Below, piece after piece: positions 29,574-39,500 of a stretch of DNA of 64,000 nucleotides. How positions within the stretch are numbered: position 1 is the stretch's first letter; every line of letters begins with the position of its first letter. The notes beneath the pieces were generated by a model, which was given only the letters and a program-made list of their open reading frames with translations, did no database searches and was not told where the DNA came from. This DNA comes from Longimicrobiales bacterium (GTDB lineage Bacteria; Gemmatimonadota; Gemmatimonadetes; Longimicrobiales; RSA9): assembly GCA_050732695.1 (NCBI GenBank), contig JBOHRL010000053.1, positions 42,495-106,494 of the forward strand, written 5' to 3'. Position numbers and translations under genes: made by a program.

Positions 29574-30698
29574 TCATGCAGTCTGGCGAAGAGCCGACTT
29601 CGCTACTCGGGCGCGCAGTGCTGCGGGCTCGATCAAACGTGCATCGGCGCCGTACTTCAGTACATGGCGCACGATCCAGTTCGGATCCGCAACACCATGT
29701 CTCACGAGCACTCCGCCGTCCGCCACCGGCTCGCAATCGAACCGCTCTTCGATCCAGCGCGCAATGCGCGCGGAATAATGTACGGTTGCGATCACTTCAT
29801 GGTCAGGCGACCGATAGACGCTACCAGCCGCTGTTAACCAATCCGACGCATCGAAATCGGACGGCGCATCGAACGGCTCGTCCGTCACGTCCACCTTCAT
29901 CATGCGATCCATTCGAAAGGCCCGGACTTCGCCGCGATCCGCATCGTGCGCAAGCACGTACCACGCGCCGGACGCGTACACCAGCTGATACGGCGCAATG
30001 GTGCGAAGCGAAGGTTCAGCATCACCTGGCTTCAGGTACGTCACCTGACAGAGCAACCGATCTCTGGCGGCATCGGCAAACTCCGACCGGAACCCGTCCT
30101 CACCCACATCGACGGACACCGGATCTCGAGCCCGCGGTGCCAGAGCGTGGAACGAGGCCGCTCGTTCGGAAGGTCGACCGATGCTCGGCGGGACGGCCGG
30201 ACGTTCGCGGACACGGGGTGAATCGTCGCCGTACTCAACCTGCGGCTCCTCACATACCCACCCCCGCAACAGAAGGTGCGGCGCGCGCACCTCGGTCGGG
30301 GCGCCGGCTTCACCGATCGATATGACCACTTCGTCCTCGAGCTTGCGCGCGAGGGCGAGGATCTGTGATCTGCGCGGGCCCTCCGCCTCGCACGCGAGCA
30401 TGCGGAGCCCGAGGCCAAGTGCAAGACCTTCGCTTGGCGTCAGCTTTGCCGGCCGCTTGAAATCGCCAACCGACCAGATTTCGACGCGGCCGTTCTCGAT
30501 CATGATCTGGAGCTGATCCGCGACACCGGGCGGATGGTAGAACGCACGAGCAGTGATCTCCGTGAGATCGCCCAGGATCCGCGCCGGGTCACACGAGAGA
30601 ACGCGCGCCAGCTCCTCGATCGTAACACCGCCTTGCCGCATCGCCCGCGGCAGGATGTAGAGGATGCGGTCGAGCCGTTCCAACGCGGATTCAGCCAT
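29574..30698 (-). CDS. WYL-domain transcriptional regulator (PafC-like, second of a pair)
   Basis: ORF 29574..31025 trimmed to MAESALERLDRILYILP (ATG 30698-30696), which overlaps the upstream stop within ATGGCTGA. An N-terminal wHTH is followed by the WYL core IAPYQLVYASGAWYVLAHDADRGEVRAFRMDRM and a C-terminal extension. Confidence 0.85.
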   Translation of the reverse strand: MAESALERLDRILYILPRAMRQGGVTIEELARVLSCDPARILGDLTEITARAFYHPPGVADQLQIMIENGRVEIWSVGDFKRPAKLTPSEGLALGLGLRMLACEAEGPRRSQILALARKLEDEVVISIGEAGAPTEVRAPHLLLRGWVCEEPQVEYGDDSPRVRERPAVPPSIGRPSERAASFHALAPRARDPVSVDVGEDGFRSEFADAARDRLLCQVTYLKPGDAEPSLRTIAPYQLVYASGAWYVLAHDADRGEVRAFRMDRMMKVDVTDEPFDAPSDFDASDWLTAAGSVYRSPDHEVIATVHYSARIARWIEERFDCEPVADGGVLVRHGVADPNWIVRHVLKYGADARLIEPAALRARVAKSALRQTA

Positions 30699-31881
30699 CG
30701 GCGCCTCGCACCCCGCCGGGCTCACCGGCCGGATCAACGGGACCGTGCGCCGCGGCGACATCCCGTGCCAGCGCGGCCAGTGTTTCCGCGAGTTCGGGCG
30801 GATCGAGGACCACGGCATCGCCTTCCTGGCTGAGCAGCCAGCGTAGAAAAGGCGAAACCTGTCGCACCTCGAATGCGCGCACTGCGTCACCACCGGCGCG
30901 CTCTTCGATGAGTGTACCGATCTGATTGCGGGCCGCGGACAGCGAAGCAGGCCAACGGAAGAGGATGCGAGCGTGCATGGTAGGTTCGTCCTCCGCGCCA
31001 AGCTCCCATGCTTCACGGCCGGCAAAATCGTCCAGTCGGAAGTCGGCAGGTCGCTCGAAATCCGGCGTGTTGGGCGAACGTGTGTTGATCACTACGTCCT
31101 CCATTCGCTCGGCACGGAACACGCGAATTGCAGCGCGGCCGCGATCGTGACCGACGAGATACCAGTGGCCATGGTGGAACAGCAAGCCGTACGGCTCGAC
31201 ATCCCGGTCCGTCGTCTCGCCACGGTGCATGCCATGATAACGGAAGGTTACGTGTTTGCGGGCGACCAGGGCGTCGGACAGGGAGCGGAGGCGGTCGAGC
31301 AGAGCCGAGGTTTCGGGTCGCTCGACGAACAGAACCGGCGTATGATCTCGAAACGCATCCGGATCGAGATCGAACGCGAGTTTGCGAAAGGCAGACCTCG
31401 CCTCGGCTGCCAGCGGAAAAGCCGGCACATCGGCCACGCGCGCGAGTGCCTCGAGCGCAAGCCTTGCGTCGGCCCTGGTGATCTCCGTTTCCTGGACCTG
31501 GGGCCGCGCACTCTGCGGATCTGCTCGACTGTGTGGCTTCCGGCCTTCAGCGCGCTCCGGCGCCGTGGCTTCTTCAACCAGACGCAAGTATGGCAGATAG
31601 AAATCGCGACGATCGATGCGATAGCCGTCGATCTGCTCGAGTCCGAAATTGATGGAATAACGAACCGTCTGGAGTGGAATCCCGTGGTCGCGCAGCTCGT
31701 CCTTGTCGCGCTCGAACATGCGCCGCACGGTCGCCTGCGCTGTTTCGTCGTCTGGATCCCACTTCTCGCCGTACGCCGGCAGGTGTTGGAGCAGATCCTC
31801 GAACGGAACCGGTAAGCGACGAGAGACCAGAAACGCGATCAGGTCGATCCAGCGCTGCAATTTCGTGATTCGTTCCGGCAT
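30691..31881 (-). CDS. WYL-domain transcriptional regulator (PafB-like, first of a pair)
   Basis: MPERITKLQRWIDLIAFLVSRRLPVPFEDLL is the wHTH. The WYL core is VEPYGLLFHHGHWYLVGHDRGRAAIRVFRAERM. A C-terminal WCX-like region is present. Confidence 0.85.
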   Translation of the reverse strand: MPERITKLQRWIDLIAFLVSRRLPVPFEDLLQHLPAYGEKWDPDDETAQATVRRMFERDKDELRDHGIPLQTVRYSINFGLEQIDGYRIDRRDFYLPYLRLVEEATAPERAEGRKPHSRADPQSARPQVQETEITRADARLALEALARVADVPAFPLAAEARSAFRKLAFDLDPDAFRDHTPVLFVERPETSALLDRLRSLSDALVARKHVTFRYHGMHRGETTDRDVEPYGLLFHHGHWYLVGHDRGRAAIRVFRAERMEDVVINTRSPNTPDFERPADFRLDDFAGREAWELGAEDEPTMHARILFRWPASLSAARNQIGTLIEERAGGDAVRAFEVRQVSPFLRWLLSQEGDAVVLDPPELAETLAALARDVAAAHGPVDPAGEPGGVRGADG

Positions 31882-31956
31882 GCCCGTTCCTTCGGAGCGG
31901 AGGGGGAGCAGGCAGGCCTGCTCCCTCTTCTCGCTCGTGAGAGATTCACGCGCCTG

Positions 31957-32985
31957 TCAATCTGGGATGGCGAGACCTCGCCGTCCATGGTCGCGTGCCA
32001 GGCCGTTACCCGGAAACGCGCTCAGATGAACGACACGCGCAGGCGCTATGGCATCGTCAACCAGTTCGCCGCCGATGACCGCACCCGTAAGGATGGAGTA
32101 TGTGCCGCACCCGACGGATGGCGCACTCACACGTTCTGCGTCACGGACGGATTCGAGAAAGCGGCGGGCTGCGCCCGGAGCATGCGCGGGCTGTGCAGCG
32201 CGGATGCCTCGGTCCGGGTCGAGTTCCCCGCCCTCTTCCACGCCAGAATCGCGAGGGATCCCAGGCGTGCCTTCGAGCGCATCGAGCACGTAGCCGCGCA
32301 GCAGCCGCTCGTGCAACTGCGCGTAGAGCGATCGACCGCCGATCACATCGAGGCCGACCGGCTCGTCATTGACGAGACCGAGGAGGCCGACCTGGCCATC
32401 GACGACGGAGAACGAGCGGACGAATGCAGCGATATCGTTCGAGGCATGGTCGAAGGCCTGGTCGAGTGCGTCCGTCGGCGACCGATCGGACAGGTGATCG
32501 AACAGCTCGCGGATCTCGCCCCAGACCTCGCCCTGCGCCCGTGCGAGCAGACCTTCGGCGTCGCTCGTGCCCGCTGCGGCCGCGCGCGCCTCGACTTCCC
32601 GTGTCTTGCGCCGAACCTTCGCCGGCGAGTGCTGCGGTGCCGGCTTGAAGTCTTCCGAGACAGAGCGCCAGCGGCCGCGCTCCATGCACGACACGGGGAT
32701 CTCCGTCGCCGACTGCTTTGCCAGCAGGATCGATCGGCTCGTCATACGGTTCTGAAGCGCGCCAATCAGCTGCTCGCCGTCCAGGATGAGGACATCACGG
32801 TCAGACGCGTTCTTCGCGTAAAGCAGGGGCACCGTACCACCTCGAGCCTCCGTGATGCGCACCAGCCCGCCAGCCAGCGCATCGGCAAGCAGAGTGTACG
32901 GCAGTTCGACATCATCCGACGTGAGGAGGGGAACGATGGTCAGTGCCTTGTGCCGCTGTGGTGGGCCGGTCCGGATGTCGAGCAT
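31957..32985 (-). CDS. Conserved hypothetical protein, ARPP-1/DUF6569-like (assignment from memory only)
   Basis: HKALTIVPLL..., VRITEA..GTVPLLYAKNASDRDVLILDGEQLIGALQNRMTSRSILL...IPVSCMERGRWRS and the C-terminal VVHLSAFP match my recollection of the DUF6569/ARPP-1 pattern (LLLDGEELvGAKQNRvlN...PVSCVEqGRW). No HMM search was run. Confidence 0.6.
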   Translation of the reverse strand: MLDIRTGPPQRHKALTIVPLLTSDDVELPYTLLADALAGGLVRITEARGGTVPLLYAKNASDRDVLILDGEQLIGALQNRMTSRSILLAKQSATEIPVSCMERGRWRSVSEDFKPAPQHSPAKVRRKTREVEARAAAAGTSDAEGLLARAQGEVWGEIRELFDHLSDRSPTDALDQAFDHASNDIAAFVRSFSVVDGQVGLLGLVNDEPVGLDVIGGRSLYAQLHERLLRGYVLDALEGTPGIPRDSGVEEGGELDPDRGIRAAQPAHAPGAARRFLESVRDAERVSAPSVGCGTYSILTGAVIGGELVDDAIAPARVVHLSAFPGNGLARDHGRRGLAIPD

Positions 32986-33099
32986 CTTGCCGCCTTTTTG
33001 AAGGTCATCGACGGCAGAGTGTAGCGGGGGGGTGTGACAGCCTCGATCCGGCGGGCAGCGCCGGCTCGCTCCGTCGCGAGCACGGCGCGGCCGTTGGCC

Positions 33100-34578
33100 T
33101 CAATGACGGTAGAAGAGGTAACGGTAGGACGAGCGGTAGTTCTGGTTGTACTGCTTCTCACCGTTCAGCCAGGCGCGCTGCACGCCCCCATTGAAAACGA
33201 TATCACCGTGTTGCCGGTACTTCGTCTGCCCGCTGTGTTGCGCGTACCAGCCGAACGGGCTCACGATCAACATGTTGAGGTCGGGCGCCGCCTTCGGCGA
33301 ACCCTGGGACGAACAGTAGCCGGAGATGTACTTGAACGCTGCCTGAGCCGGCAGCCACTGCGTGTTCCACAGGAAGTCGAGCGAGCGCCGGATCGCGCCG
33401 GGGATCCGCGAGTCCGGGGCGATCACCTCGTAGTACTCGACGAGAGCATCGTTCAACAGCCCGGTCTGGAAGTTGAGTTGCTGCTGGCAACTGCTCTTGA
33501 AGCGATACGAACCATCGGCACGTTGTGTACCCAGGATCCTGGTCAGCGCCTGCCGGCTGACCGACGCGTAGTCATGCTGCCGGATGTCCAGCCGGCTCGC
33601 CGTCATGTAAGCGTCCAGCGCCCGGGCCTGGATCCGATTCGCCGTATACTTGCTGCTCAGACTCCCGATGACAGGCAGCCATATGCGATAGAACTCGTGC
33701 GCAAGCACGCGCACTGCGTTGTGCGAAGTCCCATCGCCGGTGAGCAGGTAGTGCGCCTCGAGACCGTCGATGTTCACCTCGGCCGGCGGGACCCGGTAAC
33801 CGCGCGGCTTGAGGAAGAGTTCGCGGTACGCGATCAAGTAGTGAATCGCACGCCGCCATTGTGCTTCATCACCCGTGCGCGCCCACCACGCAAAGTCAAT
33901 GTATGCGCGGTCGTAGTAGTTTGCGTTCTCCACGTCCCAGACGGTCAGGCTCGAGCCATACTTCGAGATGAATCGGTTCCACTTGTTGTCGCCATACGTA
34001 TAGAAGTTCGACTCGTACCGGGCGTTGAATGCATCCGGCGCGGTCGTCGTCTTGCCGAAGATCCCCGTACTGATGAGATACGCCGGTGAGCTGGGCAACG
34101 CGGCGGCCTGTGGCAGTGGACGCGTGTACGTGTACGTGGGTTGCGCCACCGTGATGTCGGTCGTCGTACGGCTCTGGCCGATGACCAGCTGCGCACGCAT
34201 GCCACCCGCCGGCACCGCGTGGCGGAACTGGACCAGAACCGATCGGACCGAGCCGTCCCGGTGCCTGCCACGGAGCACCTGAATGTCGATCGGCTTCTCC
34301 GTCCCGTTGATCATCAGCCGGACACGATCGCTCTGACCTGGCGTCAGCATCCCCTGCGCCAACGGAATCCCGCTCGACACCAGCACCTGGTTACTGCCGC
34401 CACTGAAGCGGACGACGTTCAGGTCGATCGTGTTGCTCGCCGCCGCCGTGACCTCCATCTGCGGCCCGGCTACCGGGTCGACTCCCATCGGTGTTTCCTG
34501 GCACGCGAAGACCACGCTCACCGCCAACACCTCCAGTGCATGGCGAGCAACCTGTCCTCGCATCCTTGCCAGCTTCAT
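33100..34578 (-). CDS. Hypothetical lipoprotein, possibly an alpha-helical toroid polysaccharide-active enzyme
   Basis: The signal MKLARMRGQVARHALEVLAVSVVFAC is lipobox-like. An N-terminal beta domain is followed by a Trp/Tyr-rich helical region (YYDRAYIDFAWWARTGDEAQWRRAIHYLIAY..). The function is a guess. Confidence 0.65.
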   Translation of the reverse strand: MKLARMRGQVARHALEVLAVSVVFACQETPMGVDPVAGPQMEVTAAASNTIDLNVVRFSGGSNQVLVSSGIPLAQGMLTPGQSDRVRLMINGTEKPIDIQVLRGRHRDGSVRSVLVQFRHAVPAGGMRAQLVIGQSRTTTDITVAQPTYTYTRPLPQAAALPSSPAYLISTGIFGKTTTAPDAFNARYESNFYTYGDNKWNRFISKYGSSLTVWDVENANYYDRAYIDFAWWARTGDEAQWRRAIHYLIAYRELFLKPRGYRVPPAEVNIDGLEAHYLLTGDGTSHNAVRVLAHEFYRIWLPVIGSLSSKYTANRIQARALDAYMTASRLDIRQHDYASVSRQALTRILGTQRADGSYRFKSSCQQQLNFQTGLLNDALVEYYEVIAPDSRIPGAIRRSLDFLWNTQWLPAQAAFKYISGYCSSQGSPKAAPDLNMLIVSPFGWYAQHSGQTKYRQHGDIVFNGGVQRAWLNGEKQYNQNYRSSYRYLFYRH

Positions 34579-34988
34579 CGGGGATCCCCTTCCCTTGAAT
34601 GGTCCCGGAGACGGCGGCGCCCGGATTCCGGGTCACCGCTCCCCGCTCGCGGACGGATTTCGCCCGCGTCTCCATGAGCCCCAGCTTCGCGGACCCCGAA
34701 GGCACTCACCGCTCGTGCGATGCACGACTTCACCGGGATCCGGGCGAGAAAGCACCTGCTCGGCTCTTCTCCAGCCAGCATCACAGCCGGTTCCGTTGCC
34801 TTGCTACCGGCCAGCACCCAGGTTTTCGGCGGCGGGCCAGTCTCGGGCGGGACTCACTGCGGAGTCAATGTAAACATGAGTTTCGCGCACGAAGGAACGG
34901 CCGTTTCGAACAACGCACGCGCGCCTCGCAATGGATCGATTCCGTGGGGTTGATGACGGCCGGGTGCGCTGGCGAAGGCTACCAGGTG

Positions 34989-35037
34989 TGTTTGAAGGAA
35001 CTGTTGGGAAGGTCGGCCCCAACAGTTCCTTCAAACA
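34989..35037 (-). terminator. Perfect 20-bp stem / 9-nt loop hairpin immediately after the DUF697 gene stop
   Basis: tgtttgaaggaactgttggg (34989-35008) pairs without mismatch with cccaacagttccttcaaaca (35018-35037). The stop codon of the 35040..36044 gene is 2 nt away. No U-tract follows. Confidence 0.45.
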
Positions 35038-35039
35038 TG

Positions 35040-36044
35040 TCAGGGGGTCGGGTCGCCGCCCGGGGGTGCCGAAGCAGGTCGGCCGAAGCGGAATTTTTCG
35101 GCGACGGCTTCGCTGGCTTCCTTGAGGTAACCGCCGACGCCGCCAATGGCGCCGCCGACCCTGCGCCTCGAAGCGGACCAGACTGCGGCCGTGACACGTG
35201 CTGCGCCGTCGGCGACGATGGATCCGAGGAGCTGAGTTGCGACGAGCGTGGCTGATCGACGAGCGTTGCGACGGGCGGGTGCGACGAGTGCCCCGCAGTA
35301 CTGTCGCGCCAGAGTACCGACGCGGAGCGTGAGGAAAGCATTCGCGCTGCCGGTCGTGATCGAATTGACGACGAGCGCGGTCGCGGCCTGAAGGCCGGGA
35401 ATCGCGCCGGCCGCTGAGCCCAGCAGGCTCGACAGCACCGGCTGGATCTGGGCGGCCAGGTCGACATCCTCGAGTTCGCTCGAGATGAAGGCGGTGGAGG
35501 CGACATTGCCGTAGAGGTAGATGAGGTCGCGCAGCGTAGGCCGCTGGTAGTAAACCCGCGCGATGCGGAGGACCAGTTGCGATTGGGCAGCGAGTACCAC
35601 GACAGCATCGAGGCTCCCGTTCTGTGAAACGGCGGTCGTGAGGAAGACCTGTGCTGCCGCTGCCTTGGTCAGCTCATCGGCTCTGGCATCGAGGGAACGG
35701 ATCGCGCTCTCCAGTTCCACGCGACTGGCAAGGGAATTCCCCTTCAGGACGGGATGGCCCTGAAGTCGCTTCGTCAGTCGGTCGATGTGCTTCTCGAACG
35801 CCGGACCCTCCTCACTCTCGGGTGGCACGAGCGGCTTCGGCAGTCGAATCAGAAGCCAGAACGGCACGATCACACAGAATGCGTACGTGAAGAGCAGCGC
35901 CCAGAGCACGGCCTGGCCAAGGGTGGGATGAACCTGCGTCGCGAGCGCGACCACCTGTGCGGTTTCACCCACCATGAAGACCACAAACGCGGCCACGGCA
36001 AGCAGTGCCAGCAGGACTGCCACCCGAACGATCGTTCTCCGCAT
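35040..36044 (-). CDS. DUF697/YcjF-like inner-membrane protein
   Basis: Two N-terminal TM helices are present (IVRVAVLLALLAVAAFVVFMV and AVLWALLFTYAFCVIVPFWLLI). A YcjF-like region follows: AQVFLTTAVSQNGSLDAVVVLAAQSQLVLRIARVY. Confidence 0.7.
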   Translation of the reverse strand: MRRTIVRVAVLLALLAVAAFVVFMVGETAQVVALATQVHPTLGQAVLWALLFTYAFCVIVPFWLLIRLPKPLVPPESEEGPAFEKHIDRLTKRLQGHPVLKGNSLASRVELESAIRSLDARADELTKAAAAQVFLTTAVSQNGSLDAVVVLAAQSQLVLRIARVYYQRPTLRDLIYLYGNVASTAFISSELEDVDLAAQIQPVLSSLLGSAAGAIPGLQAATALVVNSITTGSANAFLTLRVGTLARQYCGALVAPARRNARRSATLVATQLLGSIVADGAARVTAAVWSASRRRVGGAIGGVGGYLKEASEAVAEKFRFGRPASAPPGGDPTP

Positions 36045-36329
36045 CGCGCCTCCTCATCTGCGGAAGGGTCTGAAGTCGCCCCGCCGGACTCCCGTCGACG
36101 AAAGTAGAGCGTGACGCGGCACGGCGCGATCCGGTTTCCTTGTCTGTCCGATGAAGCGGTGGTGAAGCGTTCTTCGTCTGGGGATTTCGCGCGGGATGTC
36201 CGTCTCGTGGGGGATTCGAGGCTGTGGCTCCGCAGAATCGTGCCGCCTGCGTTGTGCGCCGGGTGGCGCGACCCGTGCCGGAACCCCGCATGGCCGTTCG
36301 GTTTGATGGTCGTGGCGGCACAGCACACG

Positions 36330-36358
36330 CTTGACGCCCGGGTCATCGCGGCCAATTA
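36330..36358 (+). promoter_or_regulatory. Candidate sigma-70-type promoter upstream of SusC-like gene
   Basis: TTGACG (36330-36335), a 17-nt spacer, then AATTAT (36353-36358), about 190 nt upstream of the ATG. Pattern match only. Confidence 0.25.
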
Positions 36359-36545
36359 TCCGACGGTTCGCAAAGGAACGGGGCCGCAGCGCAAGCGGCA
36401 AAGTCCATGGACTGCGCGGAGTTCAGCCCGAGCTGGTACTCAGCGCGCTGTGCGTTTGTGCGAGTTTTGCCGCGGCCGGCGAGGACCGCGGCTCGGCCAT
36501 TGATTTCACATCGTTTTCGCGACCACGGCACCAGGAGAGGAAGAC

Positions 36546-39500
36546 ATGCGTTCACGCAGTCACGCACTCGGTGGGTATCTAGCGTTGCTGCTCGCCGCGA
36601 CCCCGGCGCTGGCCCAGCAAACGGGCGGCACGATCCAGGGCACGGTCACGGCAGCCGCGACCCAACTTCCACTCGGATCGGTACAGGTCTACATCCCGGC
36701 AACGGGGATCGGCTCGCTGACGAACCGGGAGGGGCAGTTCACACTGACGAATGTGCCTGCGGGCGAGCACGTCGTGCGTGTTCAGTCCCTGGGCTACACG
36801 TCGGCGCAGCAGAGCGTGACGGTCGCAAGTGGTCAGGCGGCCACGGCCAATTTTGCGCTCGAGGAAACGGCCGTCGCGCTGGACGAGATCATCGTGACCG
36901 GTACGGCGACGCAGGTCCGCAAGAAAGAGATCGGCAACAGCATTGCCGCGATCAGCGTTCGCGAGATCGAGAACGTGCCGATCAACAACGCACAGGAGGT
37001 GCTGGCCGGGCGGGCGCCGGGCGTCACCTTCATGGCGAACAGCGGCCAGCCGGGTGCGGGCGGCACGATCAAGATTCGCGGCATCAACTCGGCGTCTCAG
37101 GACGCTGAACCGCTTCTGTACATCGATGGCGTGCGCGTGTTCAACGAATCGACGCGCGCGGGCTGGGGCGGCCGCACGACGACGTCGCCGCTCCAGGACA
37201 TCTCACCCGACGACATCGCAAGGGTGGAGGTCGTGAAGGGCGCCGCAGCGACCACACTGTACGGCACGGAAGCCTCGAACGGTGTGATCCAGATTTTCAC
37301 CAAGAAGGGCATCGCAGGGCCTACGCAGTGGTCGGCCGAGGCGAGCTACGGCGGCAACCAGGCCAGCCGCTGGTCTGCGGATGACGATCCGACGGAGCAG
37401 TTCGTCAACTGCGGCCTGACCGACATGATGTACAGTCTGGATCTCGCGGGCAGCGACCGGGGCGAGAAGGTGTACTTCGTTGATCCGACCTGCCCTTCGA
37501 GCGGCAAGTGGACGCGGACCGGGCTCTCGCAACGCTACTCGCTGTCCGTTCGCGGCGGCGCCGAGCGTCTCTCGTACTTCATCTCCGGCAACTACAACAA
37601 CGAGGACGGCTATATCGAAACGATGAACTCGAAGGATGGCGGTTTCCGCGCCAACTTCGGATTCGCGCCGATCGATCCGTTGAACATTTCCTTCAACAGC
37701 GCCTACACGCGGCGTGATACGCGGTGGCTCGCCGATGGAAACAACGCCGAAGGCTTCCTGCTCAATGTCGGCCGCGGCGCTGCCGGCTACATGAAGGGCG
37801 GCAAGGGCGAGGATTGTGCGGGCGTCCCCGATGAGGTCGTGTGCGCCACGAACGGCTACGTCCTCGACAGCCAGAACTTCACGCGCTCGAACCACTTCAT
37901 GTCGGGTCTGACGATCAATTACACGCCGGTCACCAACTTCACGAACCGGCTGATCGTCGGGTTCGACTACACGGACATCAACAACGAGACGACGCTGCCC
38001 TTCGGATACCTGACGCTGCCGCAGGGCTACTACTGGGACGAGAACACCGACCACACGAAGGTCTCGCTCGACTACGCAGCCACACTCACGCACCAGTTCG
38101 GATCGTCCGTCGCGTCGAACTTCTCCTTCGGCGGCCAGATTTTCCGGGACCGCCACCGCTGGACGGAGATTGACGTGCAGAGTTTCGCCGGCCCGGGTGA
38201 GCCAACGCTGGAATCGGGCGCGGAGTTGACCTACCGCGCGGATCAGCCGTTCACGGAGACGAACGCTGGTTTCTTCGCGCAGGAACTGCTCGGGATCAGC
38301 GACCAGCTCTTCATCACGGCCGGCCTGCGCGTCGACGGGAACAGCGCGTTCGGTGACGACTTCGGGCTTCAGGCGTATCCGAAGGTGAGCGCTTCCTACG
38401 TGCTCTCGGATCTCGCCGCCTGGCCGACCGGGTGGTGGGACGCGATGAAGATCCGTGCGGCCGTTGGTGAATCGGGCAAGGCGCCGGGTGCGTTCGACAA
38501 GGTTCGCACGTGGAGCCCCGTCTCCGGCGACGACGGTGAGCCGGGCTTCACGCCGGGCGATATCGGGAACGACGAGGTCGGCCCGGAGCGCACCCGCGAG
38601 ATCGAGGCCGGTTTCGATGCCAGCTTCGGTCAGGGCCGGCTCGGAATCGAGTTCACGGCGTTCCAGGCTCGCACGATCGACGCGCTGATCGGTGTCAACT
38701 ATCCGCCCTCCGCCGGGTTCACTGCGGCCCGGACGGAGAACGTGGGCGAACTCGAGAACAAGGGGCTCGAGGCAGCCATCACACTCGGCCTGCTTCGCAC
38801 TGCCAACGTCGACTGGCGATTCCGCTTCAGCGGCTCGATCCTCAGCAGCGAGGCGATCGACCTCGATGGCGGCAAGCCGGACACCACGACGATCTCGACC
38901 GGCCTCAATTCCTACATCCGCGAAGGTTACGCCTTCCCGATGTACTTCGGCACGCGGTTGCTCAACCCGGACGAGGCCGGCAACGAACAACTCGTGTCCG
39001 ACACGGCCCTGGGTCGCGTCTACCCGAACCGCATCTTCGGCTTCGGTACGACCCTCACGCTGATGCAGAATCTCACCATTGACGCGCTCGCCGAGTTCCA
39101 GGGTGGCCACGTCGTACAGAACTACACCGGCTACCAGAGCGCGCGGCGAGGCTCGTGGTTCCCGTGTTATGCGACGCAGGAGAAGATCATCGCGTTCCTT
39201 GACGGCAATTCGAGTGCTCTCGACGGCGTCCCGAACATCGATCGGGCCCGCTGCGCCATCGGCTCGCCGGGCGCCTCCTCGACGGTCCCGGGCAGCACGA
39301 TCGGTTATGACACCGGGTTCTGGACCGAGAAGGGCGACTTCCTCAAGCTGCGCCAGATTTCCGTGACGTGGCAGCTGCCCGAAAGCATTGTGTCGCGCTT
39401 CGCGAACAGCGCGTCCATTACTTTGGCCGGTCGCAACCTCCTGACCCTGACTGACTACACAGGCGCAGATCCGGAGTCCATGGACGGCACCGACCAGTTC

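Noticed and set aside
34579-34988. A possible ncRNA, riboswitch or small gene in the 410-nt spacer upstream of the 33100..34578 lipoprotein gene (ORFs 34720..34953, 34804..35034 and others).
   Set aside because: I recognise no riboswitch or sRNA consensus. The candidate ORFs have mediocre codon bias and featureless products. I left the spacer unannotated apart from the hairpin at its right end.
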